A stretch of 64,000 nt of DNA from Mobula hypostoma (taxonomy: Eukaryota): contig NC_086119.1 of the NCBI RefSeq assembly GCF_963921235.1, positions 42,098,001-42,162,000 of the forward strand, in the 5' to 3' direction. The notes below the pieces were generated by a model. That model saw only the letters and a list, made by a program, of their open reading frames with translations, did not search any database and was not told the DNA's origin. A program made the translations under genes and the position numbers. Positions 27,400 to 39,289 of the stretch are shown here, piece by piece. How positions within the stretch are numbered: position 1 is the first letter of the stretch; each line of letters starts with the position of its first letter.

Positions 27400-27429
27400 T
27401 ATCTAGGGCATGTCAAACGTATTCAGAGT

Positions 27430-28326
27430 AAGCTATTACTGTCTATACTTGTAATCTTATGCATTTGTATTGTAGTAATCAAGCCAAACACCATCCTGTT
27501 GCTTTGGTATACTTATGCTGGGAAAATTGACCCATCTTCCTGGTGGGTGTGTGCAGCGATTCTTCCCCATGGGAAGATAGGGGTTCCCCTAATAGCCATT
27601 CCGCTGAACAGCAGTGAACAACGGTCAGCCTGGGTCTTTTCTAATGGCACTCAGACCAGTGATGCTGAAAATTGCACCGGTGATGTGTTGGAGACTGTGG
27701 GTGCCACTGCTTTGATGGTTGGTACATTTGTAACCCCCCCCCCCCGAAAAAAAGCCATTCGGTGTGGAGGTCAGACATTATGGCCCTCCACCATTGTCAG
27801 ATCTGACCAACCAGTGAATACTATCTGCTACTGTAATTTCAAAGGTAAGGGAACTTGCTTTCTGGGCAATAGCACCTGTGCCATTTATACAACGGCTGAA
27901 CTACCACACCCCAAACAGAACTCAATGGGTTTACAGGGAAAGGGCCTTCTTGTGGCTCCCAGGAGAGAGCAGAAATTGGATGGGATGCTGCTTCCTGGCT
28001 TACGTTGTACCCCACATGCGAATGCTGAAAACCCTGGACCAGTACCCTTCCCTCCTATGGCAAGAGCGAGGAATCTCACAACCAGAGCATTTCTGGATGA
28101 TAGCTTTCCCCTTCCATGGCGTGGCCTGCAATTCAAGGGAAATCTTTGCAGTTTTGGAGGAGATGTCAATGATACCGCTAAGGCCCTTGATGGCATCCAG
28201 AATCAGATGAGGGCCTTCACCGCTAAAATGATGGCGCTACGACAGATGGTTTTACAGAACCGAAAGGCCCTCGATTTTCTGGCTGAAAAAGGAGGTGCAT
28301 GTGCCATTATAGGACGAGATAAATAA
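27430..28326 (+). pseudogene. env: ERV env (gamma-type), frameshifted and truncated before the TM anchor
   Basis: Hydrophobic signal, (C>W)WVC motif, degenerate furin site and fusion peptide WQER/GISQPEHFWMIAFP in an alternate frame, immunosuppressive domain LQNRKALDFL.EKGGAC. Confidence 0.9.
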
Positions 28327-28533
28327 AATCTGACAAAAAAGCGCCAACCTACATGGCTAGTCCCCCTAGAAAGAAGGGGACCTCAGAGAGACCGAGGTGC
28401 AAATGAGGAGGATGGAGACTACAATGATGCGGAAAGCTCTTCGGCTTATCCCAAGGGTCACTATCCATCCTTCTAAGACGAATATGAAAATTGAGATGTA
28501 CAACCCCGACATTGATATTCTAATTGTTATGGA

Positions 28534-28938
28534 ATGAAGAATTGTGTACAGAATTAAAAGGGCTAAAGCCTGACTGACATTTGCAGCTTGACGAGTCACG
28601 TGATGTGAATAATACAAGATAATGAATCTGCTAACTGTGGGTTGAATACAAGGAACAAAGGAGTGCTTGTGGCATGAGACAACTGCTTTGTGTAAACACT
28701 AATCATGAGTGTCTGGCAATGATCAGAGTATGTATGTGATAACGAATGTTTAACAAGCAGCCCCAGACGGTGCTAGGGGCCCACTTAATTACAGATTTCC
28801 AGGCTCTATGAGCGGGGCTCTAATATCAGCTGAGATGCAAGCTTGCTAATAAACGTTATGTAATCTGAAGTAAACTGCGTTTGACAATTATTTCCTTGGT
28901 CTGAACCTAAAGTCCTCTGGTAGAGGGGCAGAATGACA
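28534..28938 (+). repeat. ERV 3' LTR (may begin at TGTTA 28525)
   Basis: Direct repeat of the 5' LTR; ends ...TGACA. Confidence 0.9.
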
Positions 28939-28939
28939 G

Positions 28940-31900
28940 CTGTGTACATACATCTATTGATGCTTCTGGACACATCTTCAGTGATGTTCCTGGAATCATC
29001 GGGTGTTTCGGGTCTTTCAACATCATACAACCTCCTCCAGGTGACCCAGCCGGGGCTGATCAGACCCCAGCTTGTGACCAGATGGCTAGCTACTTATATG
29101 ACTCCATGGCTCCCCTCTTTTGAGCCACAGCCATCTTGAGGCCCTCTCTGCCGCATCGGTGGTACTGCGGATGGCTCTCCTCTTCCTCTCTCCCTCAATG
29201 CCCAAAATGCTGAAGGCCCTAACTAAAGAACGGCTATGAATCCCCTACAACCAACCTCCATTGGGAGACACCTCGCTCTCCATCCAGCCTGCTGACAGTT
29301 GCTGACCAGTCCTGCGTACTTGGAGAGCTTCCTTTCAAAGGCTTCTTCCAAGCTATCTTCCCATGGGACTGTCAGCTCCAGCAGCACCACTTGCTTAGTA
29401 GACTCAGACACTAGGACAATGTCTGGTCGCAGGGTGGTGGCTGCGATATGGTTGGGGAACTTCAGTTGCCCTTCGAGGTCCACCAACAGCTGCCAGTCCC
29501 TTGCAGAGGTCAGAATGCCTGCAGATGTCCTTTTGGCAGGTATTGGCTGCTCCCCAGCTCTGACAAAGGCAATGGTCTGCTTGGAGGGTCGGGACCACTT
29601 TGCCCACTCAACTCCTGCACTGATGGCTTCAGCGATGGTCTTCAGGACCTGATCATGCCTCCACCTGTACCGTCCCTCACCAAGTGCCCTTGCACAGCCA
29701 CTGAGGATGTGCTCCAGAGTTCCTCGCTTGGAGCACAGTGGGCACGTAGATGACTCTGCCTTGCCCCATGTGTGCAGGTTTGATGGGCTTGAAAGCACAT
29801 CGTACACTGCCTGGATGAGAAATTGGATGCAGTGTGGTTCGGCTTTCCAAAGATCAGCCCAGGTCACTTTCCTCTCAACAGCATTCTCCCATCTTGTCCA
29901 AGCTCCCTGTCGCTTCATTCGCACTGCCTTGCAGGCTCTTAGCTCCTCCACTACTGCTTTCACCTCCTGAACTAGATGACGCCTTTCCTTCCATCTGGTG
30001 TCCATTTGGGGAGTTGGAAAGGATCCTAGCCCAGCTCGGCCTTGTGTGACCACTCCCACCAGCCTCCTGTGATGCAGCCTGGCCTCTGCCTCCTAAACAG
30101 CTTCCTCTGCTCTCCACTTCCTGCCAGTACTTACTTGGATCCCTGCTCTAGCCACCTTCGGGTCACTTAAATCCCTATACTGTAGCACTTCTCTGGCTCT
30201 TGTTACCTTGAATTCTTCCTCCAAGGATTTGAAGGGCAGTTGCAGTTTGTTGTCGTGTCCATAGAGTGCGATGCTGCTCAGGCTCTATGGCAGCCCCAGC
30301 CATCTCCTGAGGTGGTTGCTAACCCTCCTCTCTAAGGTTTCAACTGTCGAGATCGGAACTGCATAGACGAGGAGGGGCCACAGGATTCTGGGAAGAATGC
30401 CATGCTGATACACCCAGGCTTTAAACTTCCCAGGTAGGCCAGACTTGTCCACAGATTTCAGCCAGCCATACAACTCGGTGCAGGTTGCCTGAATGCATGT
30501 TGTGTCCCTTAAAGAGCTGTCAAAAACTTTGCCTAAGCTCTTTACTGGCTTTTCTGTGATGGTTGGGATGGCTGTGCCTGCGATGCTGAACCGGAACTTG
30601 TTCTCCATCTCCCCTCTCCTCAGCACCATCGATCTTGATTTGGCAGGTTTGAAACGCATCCGGGCCCACTCCACCAGCTTTTCGAGCCCTTGCAGAATCC
30701 TCCGGCAGCCTGGGACTGATTCTGTGGTGACTGTGAGGTCATCCATGAATGCCCTGATAGGTGGTTGCCGTTGAGCAGAATTCATTCTGGGCCCTCTACA
30801 CTCTGGTTCAGCAGACTTAGTGAGCATGTTCAAGGCTAGGGAGAACAGTGTCACTGAGATAGTGCACCCTGTGATGATGCCGATTTCCACCTGAAGTTGC
30901 TGTAATAATCAGCGATAAGGTCTCTGATTCTGCTGGGGACGTGATATTTCGTCAGTGTGAGCTGCACCAGCTTGTGCGGAATGGAGCCATATGCATTTGC
31001 CAGGTCGAGCCACAACACTGACAGGTTGCCCTTGTTCTCTCTGGCCTCCCTAATGAGCTGTGTCACCATGCCGATGTGCTCCAGACAGCCCGGCATCCCT
31101 GAAATGCCACCCTTCTGGACTGATGTATCAATATAGGTGTTCTTTGCTAAGTAGGTGCACAACCGGTTGGAAACTGTACTGAAGAAGATCTTTGCCTCGA
31201 CACACAGCAGGGAGATGATGCGAAACTGATCTATCTGGGTGGCATTTTCCTCCTTCGGGATCCACACTCCTTCAGCCACTCTCCACTGTTCTGGGATCTT
31301 CCCCCTTCTCCAGAAGATTCTCAGGATCTTCCACAGATGCAGCAGGAGTTTGGGACAGTTCTTGTACACTTTGTACAAGGTGTTGCTTGGTCCTGGAGCC
31401 GAGCTTGCCCTTGCTTTGCGGACTGCACATCCAGTTCAGGTGGGTCTATTAGGATGTCGCATTCTCCCAATTCCTGCTCTCTTTCAGGCTCATTATATAT
31501 CTTCTTCAGATGTTGGTCTATGTCTTCCTGCAAACAGGCCAGTTTCCCACTGCGCTTCTCCCCCAGCAACTCCTTGGTGAACTTGAAGGGGTTGGCGATA
31601 AAGGCAGCACGTTTTCGAGTCCTTTCACGACGCCGCCTCCAATGCCACTATGCACATCAGCTGGGCCAAGCCAATGCGCTCCTCTCCTGCCTCCTTGTAT
31701 TGGGACTTCAGCGCTTTCATCTCCTGCCTGATGTTGTGGATCCTCAATGCTCTTTGGTTCTTCGAGTAAGATGTTTTGGAGCCTTCCTTCTCCTCTTCTC
31801 TGAACCGTTCAGCTGTGATACTGACAATAATTGTTGTCATGGCTTGCAGCTTCCTATCAACCTCTCCCTTTGCTGTTGCCTCCAGAATTTGGTTAACGTC

Positions 31901-32460
31901 TTCATCAAACTGCTTCCACAGTGAAGTCATGTTAGCTGCAGGCCATTTGATCCACCTCCTGTTAGACTTCGTTCGAGGGATTCGTTTGCAACACTTGGAG
32001 GTTCCGGGCACTATGCGGTGACTCCGGGCCTGGCCCCTCCTTCGTCTCACCAGGTTGGACACCTGCGCGTTGTGCTGCTCCTGCTCCCGCCAAACACTTC
32101 ATCCTCGCTTGGTGGATCTTCAAGCCGCGATCGTTCTTGCAGATTTTGCCACATGCACACTGCTTCCTCATCGTCATTTGTTCATTGCCTGGGTCTGATG
32201 TCGTTATGTCCATCCGACTGGGGTGCTCATCCTCTCCCCCCCCCCCTCTCGGGCACCCCTGGGGGTATCTTTTCCTTAGATTCTTTGTGGCTTTTGTGGG
32301 GGTCCTCCTCTCAGAGGACGCAGATTGGGTTGCCAGCCCGTTCTGCCCTGGTTGCCGTCTCTCTGGGCTGTCACTGACTCTCCAGTCGTTACCTCTCTTT
32401 TCGTGGTTGGCACCCAGTCTTTCCTGGTTGTCACTACAGAAGTCCTGCAAACTGACACTA
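28940..32460 (-). mobile_element. Hero-clade (R2 superfamily) non-LTR retrotransposon, near full length, disrupted ORF
   Basis: N-terminal ZnF CACGKICKNDRGLKIHQARMKC; RT WLDLANAYGS, GCTIS, FMDD; CCHC CPLCSKRGTLEHILSGC; RHD; restriction-like endonuclease RPDIV...LELTVPWE...RKLSKY. Confidence 0.92.
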
Positions 32461-32582
32461 CATTTTAAACCACATGTTTTTTCTGTCAGTTCTTGGCTGG
32501 TGGATTAGCAAGTGAAGGCATGTTATTTTATGTTCGTTTCTAATTATGTTCTGGAAGCTGTAGTTTTGTTTTAACCTTTAAG

Positions 32583-33350
32583 ACCATAAGACAAAGGAGC
32601 AGAAGTAGACCATTCGGCCCATCGAGTCTGCTCCGCCATTTTATCATGAGCTGATCCATTTTCTCCTATTTAGTCCCACTCCCCTGCCTTTTCACCATAA
32701 CCTTTGATGCCCTGGCTACTCAGATACCCATCAATCTCTGCCTTAAATACACCCAATGACTTGGCCTCCACTGCTGCCCGTGGCAACAAATTCCATAGAT
32801 TCACCACCCTCTGACTAAAAAAATTTCTTCGCATTTCTGTTCTGAAAGGGCGCCCTTCAATCCTTAAGTCATGCCCTCTCGTACTAGACTCCCCCATCAT
32901 GGGAAACAACTTTGCCACATCCACTCTGTCCATGCCTTTTAACGTTCGAAATGTTTCTATGAGGTCTCCCCTCATTCTTCTAAACTCCAAGGAATACAGT
33001 CCAAGAGCGGACAAACGTTCCTCATATGTTAACCCTCTCATTCCCGGAATCATTCTAGTGAATCTTCTCTGTACCCTCTCCAACGTCAGCACATCCTTTC
33101 TTAAATAAGGAGACCAAAACTGCCCACAGTACTCCAAGTGAGGTCTCACCAGCGCCTTATAGAGCCTCAACATCACATCCCTGCTCCTATACTCTATTCC
33201 TCTAGAAATGAATGCCAACATTGCATTCGCCGCCTTCACTACTGACTCAACCTGGAGGTTAACTTTAAGGGTATCCTGTACGAGGACTCCCAAGTCCCGT
33301 TGCATCTTAGAACTTTGAATTCTTTCCCCATTTAAATAATAGTCTGCCCG
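32583..33350 (-). mobile_element. Young 5'-truncated CR1
   Basis: Open 211-aa ORF2 C-terminus (LYKALVRPHLEYC, FFSQRVVNLWN) plus tail ending ...cttatggt. Confidence 0.92.
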
Positions 33351-33885
33351 TTTAAAATGAAATAAAATTTCTCATAACTGTAATTTGTGTATTCCACAGC
33401 TGGAAGTGGTACACCCCAGTTTTGTTGGCTATGAAAATCTTGCAAGTGCATTTGATTGGTGTGGGAACAGTGTGTAGAGCAATAGACCCCAGTTGTACAT
33501 GATGTAGCCTTTTTTCAGTGGATTTCTGAATTGGTTCAGAGAACGGATAAGAGTGAACCACATTAATACATGTCCAGGAAACCTGGAAGTGGACTATGTA
33601 AGCATAGTAGAGTTTGGGGGGGGGGGCAGAAATTAGAAAATTAATGGGTTAATCAATACAATAGGGTCTTTAAAGTTTTTTAATGTTGTTCTGGAAAATG
33701 GGCATCTTGCACAAGTGCAGTAATCTGAGTTCAGTTCTGGCTTTTTAACAAAAATGAAAATATGAAGTCACTTTTGAGAGATAATGTCCCTTGTAATCAA
33801 AAACTGAAGCCTTCAAATTACAAAAGGTTTAATTCACTGGATAAATTTAATCCTATTGTTGCAAAACCTGTATTGGGTTGAAATT

Positions 33886-34108
33886 AACACACACAAAATG
33901 CTGGAGGAACTCAGCAAGCAAGGCAGCGTCTATGGAAAAGGTATAGTCTATGTTTTGGGCCAAGACCCTTCATCCTGAGTGCTGATGAAGGGTCTCGGCC
34001 TGAAACATTGATTATACTCTTTTTCCATGGATGCTACCTGGCTTGCTGAATTCCTTTAGTATTTTGTGTGTTGCTTGGCTTTCCAGCATCTGCAGATTTT
34101 CTCTTTGT
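33886..34108. mobile_element. Palindromic Penelope terminal-repeat-derived short element
   Basis: Inverted arms around 33975-33983; 9-bp TSD GTTGAAATT; CTGATGA..GAAA motif. Confidence 0.8.
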
Positions 34109-35201
34109 GTTGAAATTCCTGTTCATTGCGGGGGACTTCAACCAGGCCCGCTTGAATAAGTCTCAACTACCACCAACGTGTCACCTGTGAAACCGGAGGA
34201 ACCAATAGACTTCATCACTGTTACACCACCATCGAGACAGCCTACTGTGCCATTCCTTCCCTGCACCTTGGCAAGGCTGATCACCTAGCAGTTCTTCTAC
34301 TCCTGACATGTAGGCAGAGACTGATGGACTGCAGCACCAGTGGTGTCGATTGTGAAGGTATGGTGATGGAAGGTGCAGGAGCACTTACAAGATTGCTTTG
34401 AATTGGTGGAGGAGATCGGAATGAATATACCACAGGCTTCAACATCATCCTGACCTGTGTGGATGAGCGTGTGCCATCAAGAACATAGCAGACATATCTA
34501 AGACATAAGCTGTGAATGAACTAGATGATTTGCAGTCTGTGAAGGGATAGATCTATGGCATTCAAGACCTGTGATACAGAACCCTCCAAGTAGTTCAGGT
34601 GTGACCTATGGAATGTCATCCTGAGAGTGAATGGGCAATTCTCTTTAAGAGGCACAATCAGAAGAATGTCAACTGTAGCAATTACTTCCTATAAAATAAA
34701 ATCTAACTGTAAATGGTTGTGATGCTTAGCTCCATGTTGGACTCAATACCTTTTTATGCTCCCTTTGAAAGGGAGAATAAAACTACACCTGTACGAAACC
34801 CCACAGCATCTAGTAATCTGGTGATCAATCTCTGAGGTCGACATTGGTAATTCCTTCCAGTGGATGAATCCTGACAAGGTGCTGGGGCCCAATGGCATAC
34901 TTGGTAAGGTATGAAAACCTGTGCCAACTAACTGGTCTAAGTGTTCAAGCACATATTCACTTCTTGCTACTGCAGTTGGATGTTCTCACCTACTTCAAAA
35001 GGGTGTCTATTGTACTGGTGCCCAAGAGTAGGGTGAGTTGCCTTCAGACTGTCACCCTTGCATCTCCTGTAATGAAGTGCTTTTTGATAAGTTGGTCCTG
35101 CTGAACAAGGACCTGGACCCACTGCTATTTGCCTACCGCCACAACAAGTCTACAGTGGACGCAATCTCACTGGCTGTCCACCTGGATATCAGCAATACCT
35201 A

Positions 35202-35795
35202 CGAGGGGTGATTGATAAGTTTGTGGCCTAAGGTAGAAGGAGTCAATTTTAGAAAACCTAGCACATTTATTTTTCAGCATAGTCCCCTCCTATATGTACA
35301 CACTTAGTCCAACGGCTGTGGAACATATGGATCCCTTCTTTGTAGAAGTAGTCCACAGCAGGGATGATTGATAAGTTCGTGGCCTAAATTAGAAAGAGAT
35401 GAGGTAAACAACAGGAATTGTCGAAGGGTCTTGGCCTGAAACGTCAACTGTACCTCTTCCTAGAGATGCTTCTGGCCTGCTGCATTCACCAGCAACTTTG
35501 ATGTGTGTTGCTCAAAGAGATGAGGTATACAGCTCTCATTACATGCACGTGCAGTTCAGCTCTTTGAGTGAAAATGCAGAAAGTTTGAAGTTAATAACTC
35601 ACCTCCTTCTACCTTGGGCCACAAACTTATCAATCACCCCTGCTGTGGACCACTTCTGGAGGTCCAAGATGCCAACTTCTACAGGGAAGGGATCTGTATG
35701 CTCCATGACCACTGGACTAAGTGTGTAAATGTAGGAAAAATAAATGTGCTTGGTTTTCTAAAATTGACTCCTACCTTGGACTCCTAACTTACCAA
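35202..35795. mobile_element. Mariner-derived palindromic MITE
   Basis: TA|cgaggggtgattgataagtt TIR, repeated internally and inverted; right end eroded. Confidence 0.75.
35407..35513 (+). mobile_element. 107-bp Penelope terminal-repeat insertion
   Basis: 14-bp TSD AAAGAGATGAGGTA; gaagggtcttggcctgaaacgtcaactg. Confidence 0.8.
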
Positions 35796-37867
35796 TTGTA
35801 GCTCGGCATTCAACACAATCATTCCCTCTGTTTCAAAACCTGGACCTCTGTTCCTTCCTTTCCAACTGGATCCTTGATTTCCTCATCAGGAGACCACAGG
35901 CAGTGGTGATTGGAGTCTTAGACGGTGATGAGTAGGCATGGAGGATTAAGATCATCTGGTTGAGTGGTGTCGCAACAACAGCCTTGCATTCAACATTAAG
36001 ACCGAAGAATTGATTGTGAACTTGAGGGGAAATCGGGGAAAAATGCACACTATTCTTCTTGGAAGTTTCCAGGTTTCCTCGTGTTCATGGAGGTTTCAGC
36101 AGCTTCAAGTTCCTTGGCATCAACGTTTCAGATGACTTATCCTGGGCCCAACTTTGATGCAATCATGAAAAAGGTGTGCTAGTGACTGTACTTAGTGAGG
36201 AGTTTGAGGAGATTTGCGATATCACAAAAGATTAGCAAAATTTCTGCAGATGATGGTGGAGAGCATTCTGACTAGTTGCATCAATGCCTGGCACAGTATA
36301 GAAGGAGGCTGCAGAGGGTTGTAGACTCATCTACCTCCATCATGGACACGAGTTTCTCCATCACTGAGGAAATCTTCAAAAAACATTGCCTCAAGAAGTA
36401 TGGCATTGATTATGAAGAACCCTGGCCATTCAGTACATGCCCTCTTCTCATTACTATCATCAAGGAGGAGATACAGGAGCCTGAAGGCACACACTCAACG
36501 TATCAGGAACAGCTTCTTCCCCTCTGCCATCATATTTCTAAATGGTTCATGATCTCATGGGCACCATTATACTTATGCACAATTTATTTAATTGTAATTT
36601 ACAGTAACTTGTAACTTAATGTCCTGCAATGTAATGCTACCACAAAACATATTTTGTGACATACAGTACTGTGCAAAAGTCTTGGGTATATGACTTAAAA
36701 TGTACTATGTTCCAAAAATTCCATTTGCATTTGCTTTGTTTAAGTCTATTGGTCTCAATTAAATATACAACATTTTTACTTCACAGTTGTAGAGAAAACA
36801 TGTACTATAGCCTAACTGTTATAGAAATTTTACACGATTGCTAATTATTTTGTAGTTGGGTCACAATCCACAATGCAAATTTCTAAAGAATGAAGATTAT
36901 CATTCTCCACTATTGATTCAGTGTTGCCAATGCATGAAAATATTGAGATACTTAATCAGCAAATATGCACCCTTGCTGGTGATAGTGAGAGAATAGATGT
37001 GTTTTTTGCTGTTTTCCACTGTGCTTTTGACAGCCTGCCAAGCTCCTGTTAAGTTCTGTACAGAGCAATGTTTGCCTTTATAGATTTAACATTATCCTGT
37101 ATGTATTCAATGTATATTGTATTGAAATTAATAACTACAATAATTAGACCTATAGGTGGCAGTGTGAGGGTTGTCAAAATTATTCAATAAATTCTACAGT
37201 AATTCAGGAGAAAAATGAGATGGCACAGTCTTTTCTGCATGGGAGCAGGGATTTACGCATCTCTTTAACCACTCAAACCGAAGGATTGTTGAACGAATTG
37301 GATGAAGTCTAAGTAGTTTAAATTAACACTGAATTCATGCTCAAATCTCATGCAGAAAAAGGCAATAAAATTCGATTGCGAGACTTTTTTTATAAATAAA
37401 TTTTTTAATTGTCTAAGTAATAGCTGAAAGAACAAAGTCAGGGCATTTTAATCTCGGGGACCAATTTCAAGCAAGAATCAAGATTTAGCATGCTATTTGT
37501 GTGAGCTTGCTGTACTTAAACCAAAACGAAATGGCTATGGAGTTTAACAGTAATGGCACTCCAAAATGTATTCATTGGCAGCAAAGCATTTTAAAATGCT
37601 TTAAAAGGCATACAGTATGGAGACCAGAACAACAAATTTTTCTTTCAAATTTATAATAGCCAATGTAAACTTAAAACATAATTTTTTATAATATTTTGAG
37701 GTTAATTTTGTAAAATGCTATTATTTAATCAGACTGTTTACATTTTAAATTGCATTTTATGGTATCTGTCAATAAGCTTAATTTTTTTTCAATAGCTCAA
37801 AAATGTGTTTTTATTGAGTATCAGTGAACTTTTGTCCCAAAAACGTTTGACTAAATTACTAATCTCC

Positions 37868-39210
37868 TCAGCGTTTGGGAAGATGTTGGAGTCGATTATT
37901 AATGATGAGGTCTCGGGGGTACTTGGAGGCACATAATAAAATAGGCCATTGTCAGCATGGTTTCCTCAAGGGAAAATCTTGTCTGACAAATCTGTTGGAA
38001 TTCTTTGAAGAAATAACAAAGGAGAATCAGTTGATGATGTGTACTTGGGTTTTCAGAGGGCCTTTGACAAAGTGCTGCACATGAGGCTGCTTAACAAGCT
38101 ACGAGCCCATGGTATTACAGGAAAGATTCTAGCATGGACAAAGCAGTGGCTGATTGGCAGGAAGAAAAGAGTGGGAATAAAGGGAGTCTTTTCTGGTTGG
38201 CTAGTGGTGTTCTACAGGGGTTTGCATTGGGACTGATTCTTTTTACATTATATGTCAATGATTTGGATGATGGAATTGATGACTTTGTTGCAAAGTTTGC
38301 AGACCATATGAAGACAGGTGGAGGGGCAGGTAGTTTTGAGGACGTAGGGAGGCTACAGAAGGACTTAGATTGGGAGAATGGGCAAAGAAATCGCAGATGG
38401 AATACAGTGTCGGGAAGTGTATGGTCATGCACTTTGGTAGAAGAAATGAAAGAGTGGACTATTTTCTAAGTGGAGAGAAAATACAAAAAACTGAGATGCA
38501 AAGGGACTTGGAGTCCTTATGTAGGATTCCTTAAAGGTTAATTTTCAGGTTGGGTCTGTGGTGAGGAAGACAAATGCAATGTTAGCATTCATTTCAAGAG
38601 GACTAGAATATAAAAGCAAGGATGTAATGTTGAAACTTTATAAAACACTGGTGAGGCCTCACTCTTGGATTATCATGAGCAGGTTTGGGCCCTTTATCTT
38701 AGAAAGGATGTACTGAAACTGGAGAGGTTTCAAAGGAGGTTCATGAAAATGATTCTAGGATTGATGGTTTGCCATGTAAAGAGCATTTAGCTCTGGGCCC
38801 GTATTCACTAGAATTCAGAAGAATGAGGGTGACCTCGTTGAAACCTATCAAATGATGAAAGGCCTTGATAGAGTGGTTGTGGAGAGAATGTTTCCTATGG
38901 TGGGAGAGCCTAAGACCAGAGGACACAGCCTCAGAATAGAGGGGCATCCTTTTAGAATGGAGATGAGGAATTTCTTTACCTATAGAGTGGTGAATCTGAG
39001 GAATTCTTTGCCATGGGCAACTGTAGAGGTCAAGTCTTTATGTATACCTAAGACAGAGGTCGATAGATTCTTGATTGGTTAGGGCATGAAGGGATATGAG
39101 GAGAAGACAGGAGATTGGGACTGAGAGGAAAATTGGATCAGCCACGATGAAATGTCAGAGCAGACTCAATGGGCCAAATGGCCCTATTCTGCTCCTATAT
39201 CCTATGGTTA
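37868..39210 (+). mobile_element. CR1 3' portion
   Basis: QHGFLKGKSCLTNLLEFF, FQRAFDKV, KFAD, 3' tail. Confidence 0.9.
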
Positions 39211-39289
39211 TGAAAGGTACTCGGAGTGAAATTCAAGTCCTAACTCGTTGCATCATGATTCATATTTATCATGCAAATATTGATATATG

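Larger units (their letters stand above)
18779..28938 (+). mobile_element. Endogenous retrovirus, class I (gamma/epsilon-like), defective provirus
   Basis: Paired LTRs, PBS, gag-pro-pol-env order, YVDD-type RT, gamma-type env. Confidence 0.95.
34118..36660 (+). mobile_element. Degenerate Rex1/Babar LINE
   Basis: IAGDFNQ endonuclease motif, DPLLFAYRHNKSTVDAI, C-terminal remnants. Confidence 0.8.

Noticed and set aside
27391-28326. Intact syncytin-like env
   Set aside because: CxxC mutated, fusion peptide out of frame, CX6CC and TM anchor missing
31239-32508. Several + strand ORFs
   Set aside because: Antisense shadows of the Hero ORF
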